A DNA stretch of 64,000 nt, from contig CAVWUU010000003.1 in assembly GCA_963758295.1 (NCBI GenBank), forward strand, positions 64,001 through 128,000. Direction: 5' to 3'. A model generated the notes under the pieces. The model was not told the origin of the DNA. It saw nothing but the letters and a program-made list of their open reading frames with translations, and ran no database searches. Origin of the DNA: Candidatus Eremiobacteria bacterium. Its GTDB lineage: Bacteria; Vulcanimicrobiota; Vulcanimicrobiia; Vulcanimicrobiales; Vulcanimicrobiaceae. Shown in pieces: positions 1 through 11,119 of this stretch. The number at the start of each line of letters is the position of its first letter. The first letter of the stretch is position 1. The position numbers and the translations under genes are program-made.

Positions 1-305
1 TCGGATTGATCGTCAAGAACGGCATCTTGTTGATCGACGTAGCAAACCGTCGACGCACCGAAGGCGCGAGCGTCGAGGAGGCTCTCGTTGCCGCGGGCCG
101 CCTGCGTTTGCGCCCCATCGTGATGACCACGTTCGCCGCGATCGGCGGTCTGCTTCCGCTCGCACTCGGGCTCGGCTCCGGCGCCGAGATGGAGAAGCCG
201 CTTGCAATCGCGGTCATCGGCGGCCTTTCTACCGCGACGGCCTTCACGCTTATCGCTATTCCCGTGTTATACGCCGGGTTCGCCGGACGGGAGAGCCGCG
301 CGTGA
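1..305 (+). CDS. RND efflux permease (AcrB/CzcA family), C-terminal fragment cut by the window edge
   Basis: KNGILLID...RLRPIVMTT...PLAIAVIGGL are the typical RND C-terminal helices. Confidence 0.9.
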   Translation, partial: GLIVKNGILLIDVANRRRTEGASVEEALVAAGRLRLRPIVMTTFAAIGGLLPLALGLGSGAEMEKPLAIAVIGGLSTATAFTLIAIPVLYAGFAGRESRA

Positions 306-1492
306 TCGCAATGATTCTAGCGTCGTTGTCGCTCTTCGATGCCGAAAGGGCAGCGGTCGCACACTCGCCGGCGGTCATCGAGGCTAGGGCCAAGGTTACG
401 GAGATGCAAGCGTTGCTGGGCGTCGTCAAGAGCGGCGGCGCTCCCCACGCCATCGTGAACTACGCTCAGGTGCCCCAAGGCGGCGCGACCGGGACGATCA
501 CGCAGCGGCTGACCACCGTCGGTGCGCAGATTGCACTAGGCGATATCGCGGCGCGCAACCCCCTTGTCGCGCAGGCAGCGTTCGACGTTCGAAACGCGGC
601 GGCGCTGGCTTTCGACGCGGAACGCAGCGAGCGCGTGAAGACGATCGGCTTGTACGTCGACGTCCAGCGAACGAGTGAAGTGCGCCGGCTACGCGAAGCA
701 ATCGTCGCATCAGCGCAAGCCGACGAATCGGCAGCCAAAGTGCGTTATAAAGCGGGCGACGCGCCCCGGCTGGACGTAGTACGCAGCGATGTCGCGCTTG
801 CGCAAGCGCGCGCGGAGCTTTCGCAGGCTCGCGCTGACGAAATCAATGCCGCAACAACGCTTGGAAATGAACTCGGCGTCGCCGCAAACGACGTGTCGTT
901 AGAACCGCTGGCGAACGGCGGCCGCTCCTATGCCGGAACCAAGCAAGACGCAATCAATGCAGCGATTGCAGCACGTCCGGAAGTTGCTGCCGCGCGGGCC
1001 GAAGTCCACGCGGAAGAAGCGGCGGTTCGCGCCGCGCACCGGGGCGCGCTGCCCGGAATTACCGCGCAGGCCGGCTACACGGCGGGCCAAGATTCCGGCA
1101 TAAACGTGAAGGGCCCAAGCGCGAACGTCACGCTTGACGTGCCCATCTCCGGCGCGAATGCCGATAAAGTTCGCGCCGAAGAAGCACGGCTCGAGCAGTC
1201 GCGTGCGCGCGTGGACGCCGTAACACGTACGGTGGTAAATGAGGTGGGCACAGCTTACGAAAACCTTCGCGCGAGCCGGGAGGCATTGCAAAGCGCCGGC
1301 GTCGCGCGTGCCGAGGCAGTGCAAGAAATCCAGGCTGCGGAAATCGGGTATCGCAACGGCGCGTCCTCGAGCCTCGATCTTGCGGATGCGCGCCGGACCT
1401 ACGCGCAGGCAGCCGTTCAAGAAGTGACGGCGCGGGCCGCGATGTATGAGGCATCGGAATCTTTTAATCTCGCCGTCGGAGCACAACCGTAG
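302..1492 (+). CDS. TolC-family outer membrane efflux protein
   Basis: Two OEP repeats (RYKAGDAPRLDV; GYRNGASSSLDL); lies between RND and adaptor genes. Confidence 0.88.
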   Translation: MIAMILASLSLFDAERAAVAHSPAVIEARAKVTEMQALLGVVKSGGAPHAIVNYAQVPQGGATGTITQRLTTVGAQIALGDIAARNPLVAQAAFDVRNAAALAFDAERSERVKTIGLYVDVQRTSEVRRLREAIVASAQADESAAKVRYKAGDAPRLDVVRSDVALAQARAELSQARADEINAATTLGNELGVAANDVSLEPLANGGRSYAGTKQDAINAAIAARPEVAAARAEVHAEEAAVRAAHRGALPGITAQAGYTAGQDSGINVKGPSANVTLDVPISGANADKVRAEEARLEQSRARVDAVTRTVVNEVGTAYENLRASREALQSAGVARAEAVQEIQAAEIGYRNGASSSLDLADARRTYAQAAVQEVTARAAMYEASESFNLAVGAQP

Positions 1493-1494
1493 CA

Positions 1495-2646
1495 ATGAAC
1501 CTTCGCAGAGTTACAGCATGCGCCGCCGCCTTAGCGCTTTCAGCATGCGCGTCCAAGACTTCGGGCGATACCGCGCAAGCGCAGCCCCCGCAGGTTGCCA
1601 CCGCGCCGGTTACCTTCGGCGCGATTGCCGTCACAGTACCTGCGGTGGGACGCGTCGGATCTGCGGCCGCGTCGGAAACGAAGTTGGCGTTTGCAACGGC
1701 AGGCCGCATTGGAAACGTAAGCGTTCACATGGGCGACCGCGTCAGCGCCGGAGAGGCGCTGGCATCGCTTGACGCGCAGCCGTTGGCCTTGAATGCGCAA
1801 CAGGCGAACGCGGACGCGCAAGCAGCCGCGGCGCAGGCCAATGCCGCGGCGGTGGACCGGACGTCCACGAGGCTCGCGGTCGACGAAGCCGCCGTAGCTC
1901 GCGCGCAACGGCTCTATAGCGCCGGAGTCACGGCGCGCAAAGATATTGAAGCGGCAGAGGCGCAAGTCGCAGCTGACCGCGCCGATGCGCAAACGGCGAA
2001 AGCATCGCTTGAGGCCGCGCGCGCGTCGAGCACGAGCGCTCAAGCGAAATCCGCGCTTGCACAGCGCGATCTCTCAAATGCCACGTTGCGTTCGCCGATC
2101 GAGGGCGTCGTGACTGCGGTTTATCATCTCGCCGGCGAGTCGGTCGACCCCACCGTCGCCGTCGTTGCCATAGCTCCCGGCTCGAATTCGCAAGTGGCAT
2201 TGCAGGTCGCCGGCAGCGACGCCGCCCGCGTACATGCGGGCGACGACGTGCGCTTGAGCGTTCCAAACACCGGAGAGCGGATCGACGGACGCGTTGCGGG
2301 CGTTGCCGGCGCGGTCGATCCGACCACGCAAAGCGCGCAAGTTTTGGTCAATGCCGCCGTGCCGTCGGTCCTAGCGGGCAGCGCGCTCGACGCGCAGATC
2401 GTCGTGGCGCACGATCGGGGTTTGCTCGTACCGAAAAGTGCCGTGATCGCCGATCCTGCTACCGGCAAGACGCTGGTTTTTGTCGAGGGCAAAGATAAAG
2501 ACGGCAATGCGAAGTTCCAGGAACGAGACGTTCGCGTTACTTTCGAGAACGATAGAATGGCTGAAGTCACCGGCGTTCGGCGCGGCGAGAAAGTCGCGGC
2601 TACCGGCGCATTCGAACTGCTGCCCGCCGCGGGTGGCGGCGACTAA
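1495..2646 (+). CDS. RND periplasmic adaptor (membrane fusion) lipoprotein
   Basis: Lipobox LSAC, lipoyl halves (GDRVSAGEALA; LRSPIEGVV), helical hairpin, VDPTT, VPKSAV. Confidence 0.9.
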   Translation: MNLRRVTACAAALALSACASKTSGDTAQAQPPQVATAPVTFGAIAVTVPAVGRVGSAAASETKLAFATAGRIGNVSVHMGDRVSAGEALASLDAQPLALNAQQANADAQAAAAQANAAAVDRTSTRLAVDEAAVARAQRLYSAGVTARKDIEAAEAQVAADRADAQTAKASLEAARASSTSAQAKSALAQRDLSNATLRSPIEGVVTAVYHLAGESVDPTVAVVAIAPGSNSQVALQVAGSDAARVHAGDDVRLSVPNTGERIDGRVAGVAGAVDPTTQSAQVLVNAAVPSVLAGSALDAQIVVAHDRGLLVPKSAVIADPATGKTLVFVEGKDKDGNAKFQERDVRVTFENDRMAEVTGVRRGEKVAATGAFELLPAAGGGD

Positions 2647-2655
2647 GCAGCTTCG

Positions 2656-3282
2656 TTATTCGATCGGCCAAACGAGAAAAACGATGCCGACGACGGCAAT
2701 GAGCGCTCCGCTCAGAACTTCGCCGTAGCGTTCCAGCTTTCCAAACGACAGGCGCGAAAGTGCCTCGCTCGAGTACACGCAAAGGACGGCGTACGTTAAA
2801 ATCGTGCTTGCAGCGAAAAGCAACGCCATGACGGCAAGAACGCCCGCGCCGAGCTTCGATGCGGCGAAAAATGCCGGAATGCCTTCGACCATCGGAGACG
2901 ATCCAAGGATCAACAGCAACGCCGTGCGCTCTTGATTCACGGGCGGCGCGTCATGCGGATGGTCGTGTCCAGGTTGCATTTCGCGCCAAGACGAGATTGC
3001 AATCCATCCGCCGAAGCCGATGAGCGCAAAGCTCGAAGCAATGGAAACCGCGTGCCCGAATCGCGCCGCAAATGCAGCGCCTGCAATCCAAACCAGCACG
3101 CCGATCGCGAGGGTCGAAAGGGTGTGGCCGATGCCCGCACCTGCTGCAGCGCGCGCCGTTTGCACCTTGGTCCAGCCACGCTGACGCGCGATTAGAGCGA
3201 TAGGGACCCAGTGATCGGGGACCATGGTATGCAGCACGCCGACCGCCACGACGGCCGCGAAAAGAAGAAGTGCTTGGGACAT
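2656..3282 (-). CDS. NicO/UreH-like nickel/cobalt membrane transporter
   Basis: LHTMVPDHW motif, GHT, His-rich loop HDHPHD, about 6 TM segments. Confidence 0.7.
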   Translation of the reverse strand: MSQALLLFAAVVAVGVLHTMVPDHWVPIALIARQRGWTKVQTARAAAGAGIGHTLSTLAIGVLVWIAGAAFAARFGHAVSIASSFALIGFGGWIAISSWREMQPGHDHPHDAPPVNQERTALLLILGSSPMVEGIPAFFAASKLGAGVLAVMALLFAASTILTYAVLCVYSSEALSRLSFGKLERYGEVLSGALIAVVGIVFLVWPIE

Positions 3283-3308
3283 CTACGCGGTGTTCGCCGT
3301 TCGATGCT

Positions 3309-4532
3309 TCAATGCCAGCGAATGAAGGCGATGGCCGAGAGGGTGACGATTCCGGTAACGACCCAGCCGGCCCATGTGAGAGCCGGACGGACGCGGTTGT
3401 CGCCCATCAGCGTTTTGTCCCGGCCGAGCATCAGCAAAAGTACGAGGGTGATCGGCGTGGCGAAGCCTGCCGCGATCGATGCCGAGAACAGCAGCGAAAT
3501 TGGTTCGATTCCAACGAACGTTATCGCCGTGCCGGTGGCCATGGCGATGAAAAGCGTCGCGTAATAACGCCGCGCTTTCAGCGGCTGTTTGTCGAGCGAG
3601 CCGCTCCAACGAAACGTCGAAGCAACGGCGTTTGCGGTGCCTGCCGCGATAACCGGCAGCGCGAGCAGTGCCGAGCCGAGCAGCCCGATTCCAAAAACGA
3701 TCGACGCCCACTTTCCCGCAACCGGTGTAAGGGCTTGCGCGGCATCTTGCGCGGTTTGCACCTGATGGTGATGCACGCCGAGGGTCGCAGCCGTACCGAT
3801 CATGATGAACCACAAGACGGCGCCCGTCAAAAGCGTTCCCGGGAGCGCGGAGACCTGCACCGCCGCGATTGCAATCTGTGGAGGCGCTTCGGCCGCTACT
3901 TCGATCGTTTGCCAATAGTAGGAATACACCGTCAGGGTGGTTCCGATGAGGGCGACGATGGTCGACACGTAGAGCTTGCTGCCGGAGAAATGCGGAACGA
4001 AGCCGGCCGCAACTTCATGCCAGTTCGGATGAGCCAGAAACGCCGTAGCTATGTAGGCGACGAACGCGAGCGGCAGAACGATCAGCACTCGCCGAATCTT
4101 GTCCATCGTTCCGAATGAAAGCAAGAGTCCGACGACAAGCGAGATCGGCACGAGCCACCATTTATAGTCGGTGCCCGTTACGAGATGCATGGCCGCGGCA
4201 CCGGCGCTCAAATCCGCGGAATACGTAATTAAATTGACGGCGCCGATGCATAAGAGCGAAATTGCGGCAACAAATGGACCGTAGCGCCGGCGGATCGACG
4301 ACTGCATGCCTTCGCGGGCCACCGCCGCGACTTTCGTGCCGATCGCTTGCACGATGGTGAACATCGGCACGATGAGCACCAGCAGCCATTCGAGTCCGTA
4401 GACGATGGAAGCGCCCGCGATGGCGAGCGTCGCGACTGTGGTTGGATCGTTATCCGCAGCGGCCGAGACGATGCCCGAAATGAAAGACTGCTTGGAGGCC
4501 TCGACGACCTCTTGCTCCTCTTCGGCGGTCAT
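3309..4532 (-). CDS. NRAMP-family (NRMT-like) divalent cation transporter
   Basis: AADNDPTT in TM1, GTTLTVY in TM6, about 11 TM; start taken at MTAEEEQ (4532). Confidence 0.8.
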   Translation of the reverse strand: MTAEEEQEVVEASKQSFISGIVSAAADNDPTTVATLAIAGASIVYGLEWLLVLIVPMFTIVQAIGTKVAAVAREGMQSSIRRRYGPFVAAISLLCIGAVNLITYSADLSAGAAAMHLVTGTDYKWWLVPISLVVGLLLSFGTMDKIRRVLIVLPLAFVAYIATAFLAHPNWHEVAAGFVPHFSGSKLYVSTIVALIGTTLTVYSYYWQTIEVAAEAPPQIAIAAVQVSALPGTLLTGAVLWFIMIGTAATLGVHHHQVQTAQDAAQALTPVAGKWASIVFGIGLLGSALLALPVIAAGTANAVASTFRWSGSLDKQPLKARRYYATLFIAMATGTAITFVGIEPISLLFSASIAAGFATPITLVLLLMLGRDKTLMGDNRVRPALTWAGWVVTGIVTLSAIAFIRWH

Positions 4533-4542
4533 CGTGACGCCG

Positions 4543-5187
4543 CTAGAGCGACAGGATCTCCTTGACGTGGAACACGTGGAAGAAGAGAATCGTGGACCCG
4601 GTGCCAAGCAACGCGCCGGCAATAACCTGCATCACCGTGTGGGCTTTCAAGTAAACCCGCGCCCAGCCGACCATTGGAATCAACACGAGAAACGGCAGGG
4701 TCACGTTGCCGTAGAGCAGCGTCAGCACGACGAGCGGCGCCGTGATGCCGAGCGCATGCGTGCTTATTTTCCAATACCGCGTGATGTACTGAACGACGAG
4801 GGTGGAGACGGTGTACGCGGCGAGCGATGCGATCATCAACCGGGGAGCATGTGCAATCCACATCCCAATCGTTCCCAGTAAATAAAAGACGACAAACGCT
4901 CCGAAGACTGCCTCCCGTTCATGCCGCACCGACATATCGAGATCCGAGATGCGGTCGGTCCCGTAGAGCCAAAAGACGTAGAGCATCGGGCCGAGCGACG
5001 TGAAAAACGTCGAAAGGAGCAGCAGCCACCAAAAATCCACGGTATTTCGAGCCGTCGCATGTGCGAGAATGATGAAGAGCGCGAGTGCCGTCAGAAACGG
5101 ATTAAAGACCGTCGATAAGATGCGCGCCAGATCGCGCCATGCACGGCGGTTCTTGGTTGGCGCGATCTCGATGATTGGATCGTGCAT
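4543..5187 (-). CDS. PAP2-like membrane phosphoesterase family protein
   Basis: KISTHA and WARVYLKAHT motifs; polytopic membrane protein. Confidence 0.7.
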   Translation of the reverse strand: MHDPIIEIAPTKNRRAWRDLARILSTVFNPFLTALALFIILAHATARNTVDFWWLLLLSTFFTSLGPMLYVFWLYGTDRISDLDMSVRHEREAVFGAFVVFYLLGTIGMWIAHAPRLMIASLAAYTVSTLVVQYITRYWKISTHALGITAPLVVLTLLYGNVTLPFLVLIPMVGWARVYLKAHTVMQVIAGALLGTGSTILFFHVFHVKEILSL

Positions 5188-5272
5188 GCAACGCGTATCT
5201 TGCCGTGGGGGACGCAACGCTTCCTTCCCCGATCCTTACATCCAAAATAACGAGCGCTTAACATGCGCCCGC

Positions 5273-6163
5273 TCAGTGGGGCGCGGCTGCGTACGAGCCG
5301 TGCTCCAGATCTTCGAGAGCCGACGGCGCCTTAGGCAGCCACTGGAGATCCACGCGTGCTTTCGCGGCCGTCGCCAACTGATCCAGCGCAAGCGCATCGG
5401 CGAAAATCCCCAGTGTTTTACGCGCTTCCTCAACCGGCACATGAGTTACGGCGCCGTGTTTTCCTGCGCCGCGGCTCGCTGCTTCCGCCATGGCTTGCAC
5501 GGTGAATTGCGAATCATCGACGGCAATATACGCGGATCCGGGGGCCGCGTGTTCGAGCGCCTGCGCGTAAAACGCCGCCAAATCCTCGACGTGAATCATC
5601 GGCCAGTGGTTTGCGCCGTCACCAATGATGCGGGCAGCGCCATCATCGCGCGCCGATTGAACCCACATAGCCGGCATTCCGCCGCCACGCCCGAAGACGT
5701 CGCCGGGACGTACGACGATTCCGTGCAACCCTTCACGAGTCGCATCGAAGACGATCTTTTCGAGCGCCGGCCGGTTTGCAACGATCGGCGGCGGCGCCTC
5801 GGGCGACGATTCATTTGCGACGTGCGGATAAGTGTTGCCGTAAAGCCAAACGCCGCTCGTGTAAAGCAGACGCGCTTGCCGGGGCGCGAGGACCTTTACA
5901 AGCGCATTCAATGCGGCCGATTCGGCGGCAAAAGCGTTTTCGCCGCTGAATGCTACCGCATAAACGACGGCGTCGGCCGCGGCGGCGGCGGATATCAGCG
6001 ATGCAGGATCGGAAACGTCTGCGTGAACGGGACGAACGGCCGAAGGCGGTTGACCGCTGCTCGCGCTTCGAACCGTTCCCGTAACGTCATGGCCGCGTCG
6101 CAAAAGCTCTTCGGAAACGGCGCGTCCGATATAGCCGGTAGAACCAATTACCAAAACCTTCAT
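5273..6163 (-). CDS. NAD-dependent epimerase/dehydratase (atypical SDR)
   Basis: MKVLVIGSTGYIG Rossmann motif, YTSGVWLYG, IHVEDLA. Confidence 0.9.
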   Translation of the reverse strand: MKVLVIGSTGYIGRAVSEELLRRGHDVTGTVRSASSGQPPSAVRPVHADVSDPASLISAAAAADAVVYAVAFSGENAFAAESAALNALVKVLAPRQARLLYTSGVWLYGNTYPHVANESSPEAPPPIVANRPALEKIVFDATREGLHGIVVRPGDVFGRGGGMPAMWVQSARDDGAARIIGDGANHWPMIHVEDLAAFYAQALEHAAPGSAYIAVDDSQFTVQAMAEAASRGAGKHGAVTHVPVEEARKTLGIFADALALDQLATAAKARVDLQWLPKAPSALEDLEHGSYAAAPH

Positions 6164-6279
6164 GGCGCCCAAAACAGCCGGAGCAGCGCGAGCGTTCCAC
6201 CCCGAACGGAAAGGGTTGCCCTTGCAAGCGCGCCCCCGAGCGGGCATGACGGACCAAGCAGCGAATAAGGTGCGCTTCC

Positions 6280-8219
6280 ATGGTCATCGAAAGAGTGAAC
6301 TCCCCCGCCGATGTGAAGGCCCTCTCGCGCGAAGAACTCGACGTTCTCGCTCGCGAGATTCGCGATATGCTGGTCGTCACGTGTTCGCGCAACGGCGGAC
6401 ACTTGGCTCCGAACTTGGGCGTTGTCGAGCTTACGATTGCGTTGCACCGTATCCTCGATCTACCGAGCGACAAGCTGGTGTGGGACGTGAGCCATCAGGC
6501 CTACGTCCATAAAATTTTGACGGGCCGGCGCGACCGCTTTCACACGTTGCGCAAAGGCGGCGGCATTTCGGGCTTCGCGATGCGGAGCGAGTCGGAATAC
6601 GACATGTTTGGGGCCGGACACGCTTCCACGAGCGTCTCTTCAGCGCTCGGCATGGCAATTGCACGCGATCTGGCCGGACGCGAGGAAACGGTCGTTGCCG
6701 TTCTCGGCGACGGCGCGCTCACAGGCGGGCTTGCATACGAGGCGCTCAATAACGCCGGACAGCTGCACAGCAACTTCATCGTCATTCTCAACGACAACGA
6801 AATGTCGATCGCGCCCAACGTCGGCTCCATTGCGTCGTATCTTTCGGTATTACGCAGTAAGCCGCTTGCGAATTTCGTCCGCGAACGCGCGAAAGACGTG
6901 TTCCATCACATGCCGCTCGGCGGCGCGGCGCGCAAGGCTTTTGCCAGCGCCGAGATGGCGGCAATGCGCTTTGTATCGCCAACCGAAAAGACGGCCGTCA
7001 TTTTCGAAGAGCTCGGATTCCGCTACATGGGTCCGTTCGACGGTCACAACCTCGACGTCATGATCGACGCGTTGGAAACGGCGAAGGCGCTGGACGGCCC
7101 CGTACTCTTACACGTTCGCACGAAGAAGGGCAAGGGTTATGAGCCGGCCGAGCGCGATTCCCGCACGTTCCACGGCGTGGCGGTGCTTTCGACGTCGAAA
7201 ACGGCAAGCTCGAGGTAAAGCCGGATGCGCGCCCGACGTACTCCGACGTTTTTGCTGAAGCGTTAAATACCGTCGCCGAAAAAGACAAGCGTGTGATCGG
7301 CATAACCGCGGCAATGCCGGACGGTACGAAACTCTCGAAATTCGCCAAGAAGTTCCCCGAGCGGTTTTTTGACGTCGGGATCGCCGAAGCGCACGCGGTA
7401 TGCTTTGCCGCCGGTGCCGCCGCAACCGGACTGAAGCCGGTTTGCGCCATCTACTCGACCTTCTTGCAACGCGCGTACGATCAAGTCGTGCACGACGTTT
7501 GCGTGCAAAATCTTCCCGTAGTGTTTTGCATGGACCGCGCGGGACTCGTTGGTGACGACGGTCCGACGCATATGGGCCTCTACGACATCGCCTACATGCG
7601 CACGCTTCCGAATATGACGGTCATGGCGCCGCGCAACGAAGAAGAGATGTTGCCGATGCTGGAGCATGCGCTCAGCTTGAATGCGCCGGCAGCGATTCGT
7701 TATCCGCGCGGATCTTCCGGCGGACGCCATCGCGATACCGTCGCGCCCATCGTGCAAGGGAAAGCAGAAGTGCTTCGTGGCGGAAGCGGCGTGGCGATCT
7801 TGGCCCTCGGGAGCACGGTCGACATCGCGCTCGATGCCTACGACTTGCTCGCGAGCGGCGAGTTCGGACGTTCGGACCGTTTGCCGACCGTCGTGAACGC
7901 CCGTTTTGCCAAGCCGGTCGACGCGGCGTTAATCGAAGCGCTGAGCCGGGATCATTCGTTGATCTTGACGCTGGAAGAACATTCTCTCGCAGGCGGCTTC
8001 GGATCGGCGGTGGTAGAGGCCGCGTCGGACGCGCAATGGCCGGTCAAGATCGAGCGGGTGGGTATCGGCGACGTGCTCGTGCAGCACGATTCGCAGCCCG
8101 GCCAACGGGCGCTCTTCGGCCTTACGCCCCAAAAGATTGCCGAACGCGTCGCCGGCGTGCTTGGCGAGAACGACACCCCCGTGATACAATCCCGGGCGAT
8201 TTTTAGACAGGAGAACTAG
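6280..8219 (+). CDS. dxs: 1-deoxy-D-xylulose-5-phosphate synthase (apparent 1-nt deletion near 7180)
   Basis: GGHLAPNLG, GAGHASTS, GDGALTGG..NDNEMSI, IAEAHA, DRAGLVGDDGPTH; the two ORFs join as FHGVGGAFDVE. Confidence 0.96.
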
Positions 8220-8223
8220 CTCG

Positions 8224-8607
8224 TTGAACCCCATCCAAGTGGCCGCCGCGGCGACTCAGGCACCCGCGGTGCAAGTTACCACTGTGCCGAATCCGCATCC
8301 AACTCCTATCGTTATCCAAGCACCTGCCCCGGTTCAGCCGGCGACGCAGTTGACGTGGTTCCAGGCACACGCGGGCTGGCTGACCCATAGCATCGCGGCG
8401 ATTTTCATTCTCGCAGCGATCGCGCTAGTCGTTCTGCTGGCCTTCCAAACGACCAAACAAGAGGGGCTCTCGGGCTCGATCGGCGGCCGGGTTGAATCGG
8501 CTTACCGCGGACGGCTCGGAGCGGAAGAACAACTCAAGCGGCTAACGGGAATCATTGCCGTTACGTTTGTTGTAACAGCGTTCATTCTCTCCATAACCGG
8601 AATCTAA
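8224..8607 (+). CDS. secG: Preprotein translocase subunit SecG with N-terminal Pro/Thr/Gln-rich extension
   Basis: TM, then QTTKQEGLSGSIGG loop, LKRLT, TM; AGGAG upstream of TTG. Confidence 0.8.
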   Translation: MNPIQVAAAATQAPAVQVTTVPNPHPTPIVIQAPAPVQPATQLTWFQAHAGWLTHSIAAIFILAAIALVVLLAFQTTKQEGLSGSIGGRVESAYRGRLGAEEQLKRLTGIIAVTFVVTAFILSITGI

Positions 8608-8610
8608 AGG

Positions 8611-9640
8611 TTGGCACCACTTCTCGAGGTCAAAAATCTCCGTACGTCGTTTCGTACGGAAGATGGTCTCGTAACCGCGGTAAGCGGTTTGTCCTTCGCG
8701 CTCGGAGCCGGCGAAACGCTCGGCATCGTCGGTGAATCCGGCTCCGGCAAATCCGTCACGTCGCTTTCGATAATGCGCCTCCTGGCGCGTAACGCCGCCG
8801 TTTCGGCCGACGGCATTTACTTCAACGGCGAGGACCTCTTGAAGAAGAGCGAAGCCGAGATGCGAAAGATTCGCGGTCATAAGATCGCGATGATCTTTCA
8901 AGATCCGATGACGAGTTTGAACCCGGTGCTAACCGTGGGGCAGCAGATCTCGGAAGCAGTACGGCTTCACCTGGGTTACAACAAAAAGGACGCGCGCGAC
9001 AAGGCGATCGAGATGCTGAAGAAGGTTCGCATCCCGTCGCCGGAGGGCCGCCTTAACGACTATCCGCACCAGTTCTCGGGTGGTATGCGCCAGCGCGTAA
9101 TGATCGCGATGGCGCTTTCTTGTAATCCGCAGCTGCTGATCGCCGACGAACCCACCACGGCCCTCGACGTGACGATTCAGGCGCAAATTCTCGAGCTGAT
9201 GAACGAAATGCAGCGCGAAACGGGCGCCGCCATCGTGCTGATTACGCACGACCTCGGTGTGGTTGCCGAAGTGTGCAAGAACGTGCTCGTGATGTACGGC
9301 GGAAACATGGTAGAGTACGGCAGCGCTAAACAAATCTTCAAAGATCCGCGCATGCCGTACACGCAAGGATTGCTCTCTTCGCTGCCGCGTCTAGACGATG
9401 CGCATAGGCGCGCTCGAGCCGATCAAAGGCCAGCCGCCGAACTTGCTCAACATGCCGCCGGGCTGCGCATTCGCGCCGCGTTGCGCGTACCGCATGCCGA
9501 TCTGCTCCGAGCCGGTCCCGTTGTATGATTTTGGTGCCGGTCACGTGGCGCGTTGCTTTCTTTACGACGACCGCGCGAAGGAGCAGCGCCCGGTCGACGC
9601 GCCGGTCGCGCCCATCATCGCGCCGGGAGCGTCCGAATGA
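8611..9640 (+). CDS. Oligopeptide/dipeptide ABC ATPase, OppD/DppD type (frameshift near 9410)
   Basis: [25 protein letters not shown]-terminal oligo_HPY domain GCAFAPRC in the shifted frame. Confidence 0.92.
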
Positions 9641-10683
9641 CGAACGTCCCAACGGATGGCGCACTGGTCGAGGTTCGCAACCTCTACAAGTATTTTCCGA
9701 TTCATGCCGGACTGTTTTCGCGCCACATCGGCGACGTGCGCGCGGTGGACGGCGTCGACTTTCACATTTCGCAGGGCGAAACGCTCGGGCTCGTAGGTGA
9801 ATCCGGTTCCGGAAAGACGACCATTGGGCGGCTGATCTTACGGCTCCTCAAGGAGACGCAGGGCGAAATTTTCTTCGGTGGCCAAGAAATCACGAAGCTA
9901 TCGAACGCTGAAGTCCGCAAGCTGCGCCGGGAAATTCAGATCATTTTTCAAGATCCGTTCGCAAGTTTGAATCCGCGTATGACCGTCGGCGACATCGTCG
10001 GCGAGCCGCTGCAGATTCACGGCATCGCGCGGGGCAAAGCCGCAAGCGATCGCGTTCGCGAACTGCTGCGCCTTGTCGGGTTACAGCCGTACCACGCCAA
10101 CCGCTATCCGCACGAGTTTTCCGGCGGCCAGCGCCAGCGCATCGGTATCGCGCGCGCCCTGGCGGTCGATCCGAAATTCATCGTTTGTGACGAACCGGTC
10201 TCGGCGCTCGACGTGTCGATTCAAGCGCAGGTGATCAATCTGCTCGAGGATTTGCAGTCACAGCTCGGACTGACGTACTTGTTCATCGCGCACGACCTCT
10301 CGGTCGTTCGACACATCTCGACCCGCGTAGCCGTGATGTACGTCGGCAAAATCGTCGAGCTCGCCGATCGCGACGCGCTCTACGAAAATCCGCTGCACCC
10401 GTATACCCAGGCGCTCCTTTCGGCGATTCCGATTCCCGATCCCAGCGTGGAAGAGCGTCGCGAACGCATCGTCCTGACAGGCGACATCCCGTCGCCGGTG
10501 GCACCGCCGCCGGGCTGCCGCTTCCACACGCGTTGCCCGGTCGCGTTCGAGCGTTGCAAGGTCGAAGTGCCGGCGTTCAACGATTACGGCAGCGGACATT
10601 TCGCCGCGTGCCACTGGGTGGAAGAACATGGCGGAAGAGCGCCGGACATTACGAAGGGCCCGGCCGTCATCCCGATATCCTAA
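9637..10683 (+). CDS. Oligopeptide/dipeptide ABC ATPase, OppF/DppF type
   Basis: [37 protein letters not shown]. Confidence 0.94.
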   Translation: MTNVPTDGALVEVRNLYKYFPIHAGLFSRHIGDVRAVDGVDFHISQGETLGLVGESGSGKTTIGRLILRLLKETQGEIFFGGQEITKLSNAEVRKLRREIQIIFQDPFASLNPRMTVGDIVGEPLQIHGIARGKAASDRVRELLRLVGLQPYHANRYPHEFSGGQRQRIGIARALAVDPKFIVCDEPVSALDVSIQAQVINLLEDLQSQLGLTYLFIAHDLSVVRHISTRVAVMYVGKIVELADRDALYENPLHPYTQALLSAIPIPDPSVEERRERIVLTGDIPSPVAPPPGCRFHTRCPVAFERCKVEVPAFNDYGSGHFAACHWVEEHGGRAPDITKGPAVIPIS

Positions 10684-10694
10684 TACCGGGAAGT

Positions 10695-10724
10695 GAAAAC
10701 CGCCTCGTTATCGAGACGGCTTTC
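10695..10724. terminator. Intrinsic terminator-like hairpin (pairs better on the minus strand)
   Basis: GAAAACCGCCTCG-TTAT-CGAGACGGCTTTC; two mismatches become G-U pairs on the minus strand. Confidence 0.6.
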
Positions 10725-11119
10725 GTCGTTTACTCCCCAGATGGAACATCATGTGGGAGATCGCCGAAGGGTGTAGTTTCTTCGTTCTCCATGACTCCAT
10801 CGTATCCAAATGAGCGTTAACGAAACCTCATTAGGACTTTAAGCCCCACGTGACGGAGCCTTGCTACGAGTGGCTCACGATCGTCGCGCTTGGATGCGAT
10901 GAAGCCGCGGCATCGTCATAACGACCGGCGATCTCACCAAATGCGCGTCAACGGCATCGAAGCAGCGGGTCTGCTTGCCTTTGTCGACCGTAAAACGGAA
11001 AGAGCCATAGCTCCAGTGTTTGTCCGCAATCGGACTGCGAACGTGCAATGCCGTTTTGCTGTATCGGGCGTCGGGTATTGCCGTAGCGCATCCCAAGCCG
11101 ATGTAGAGGTCTCCACGAA

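Noticed and set aside
5000..6268. 422-aa plus-strand ORF and similar long antisense ORFs (e.g. 37925..39301, 53610..54650)
   Set aside because: Antisense shadows of recognisable genes in GC-rich DNA, with no family motifs
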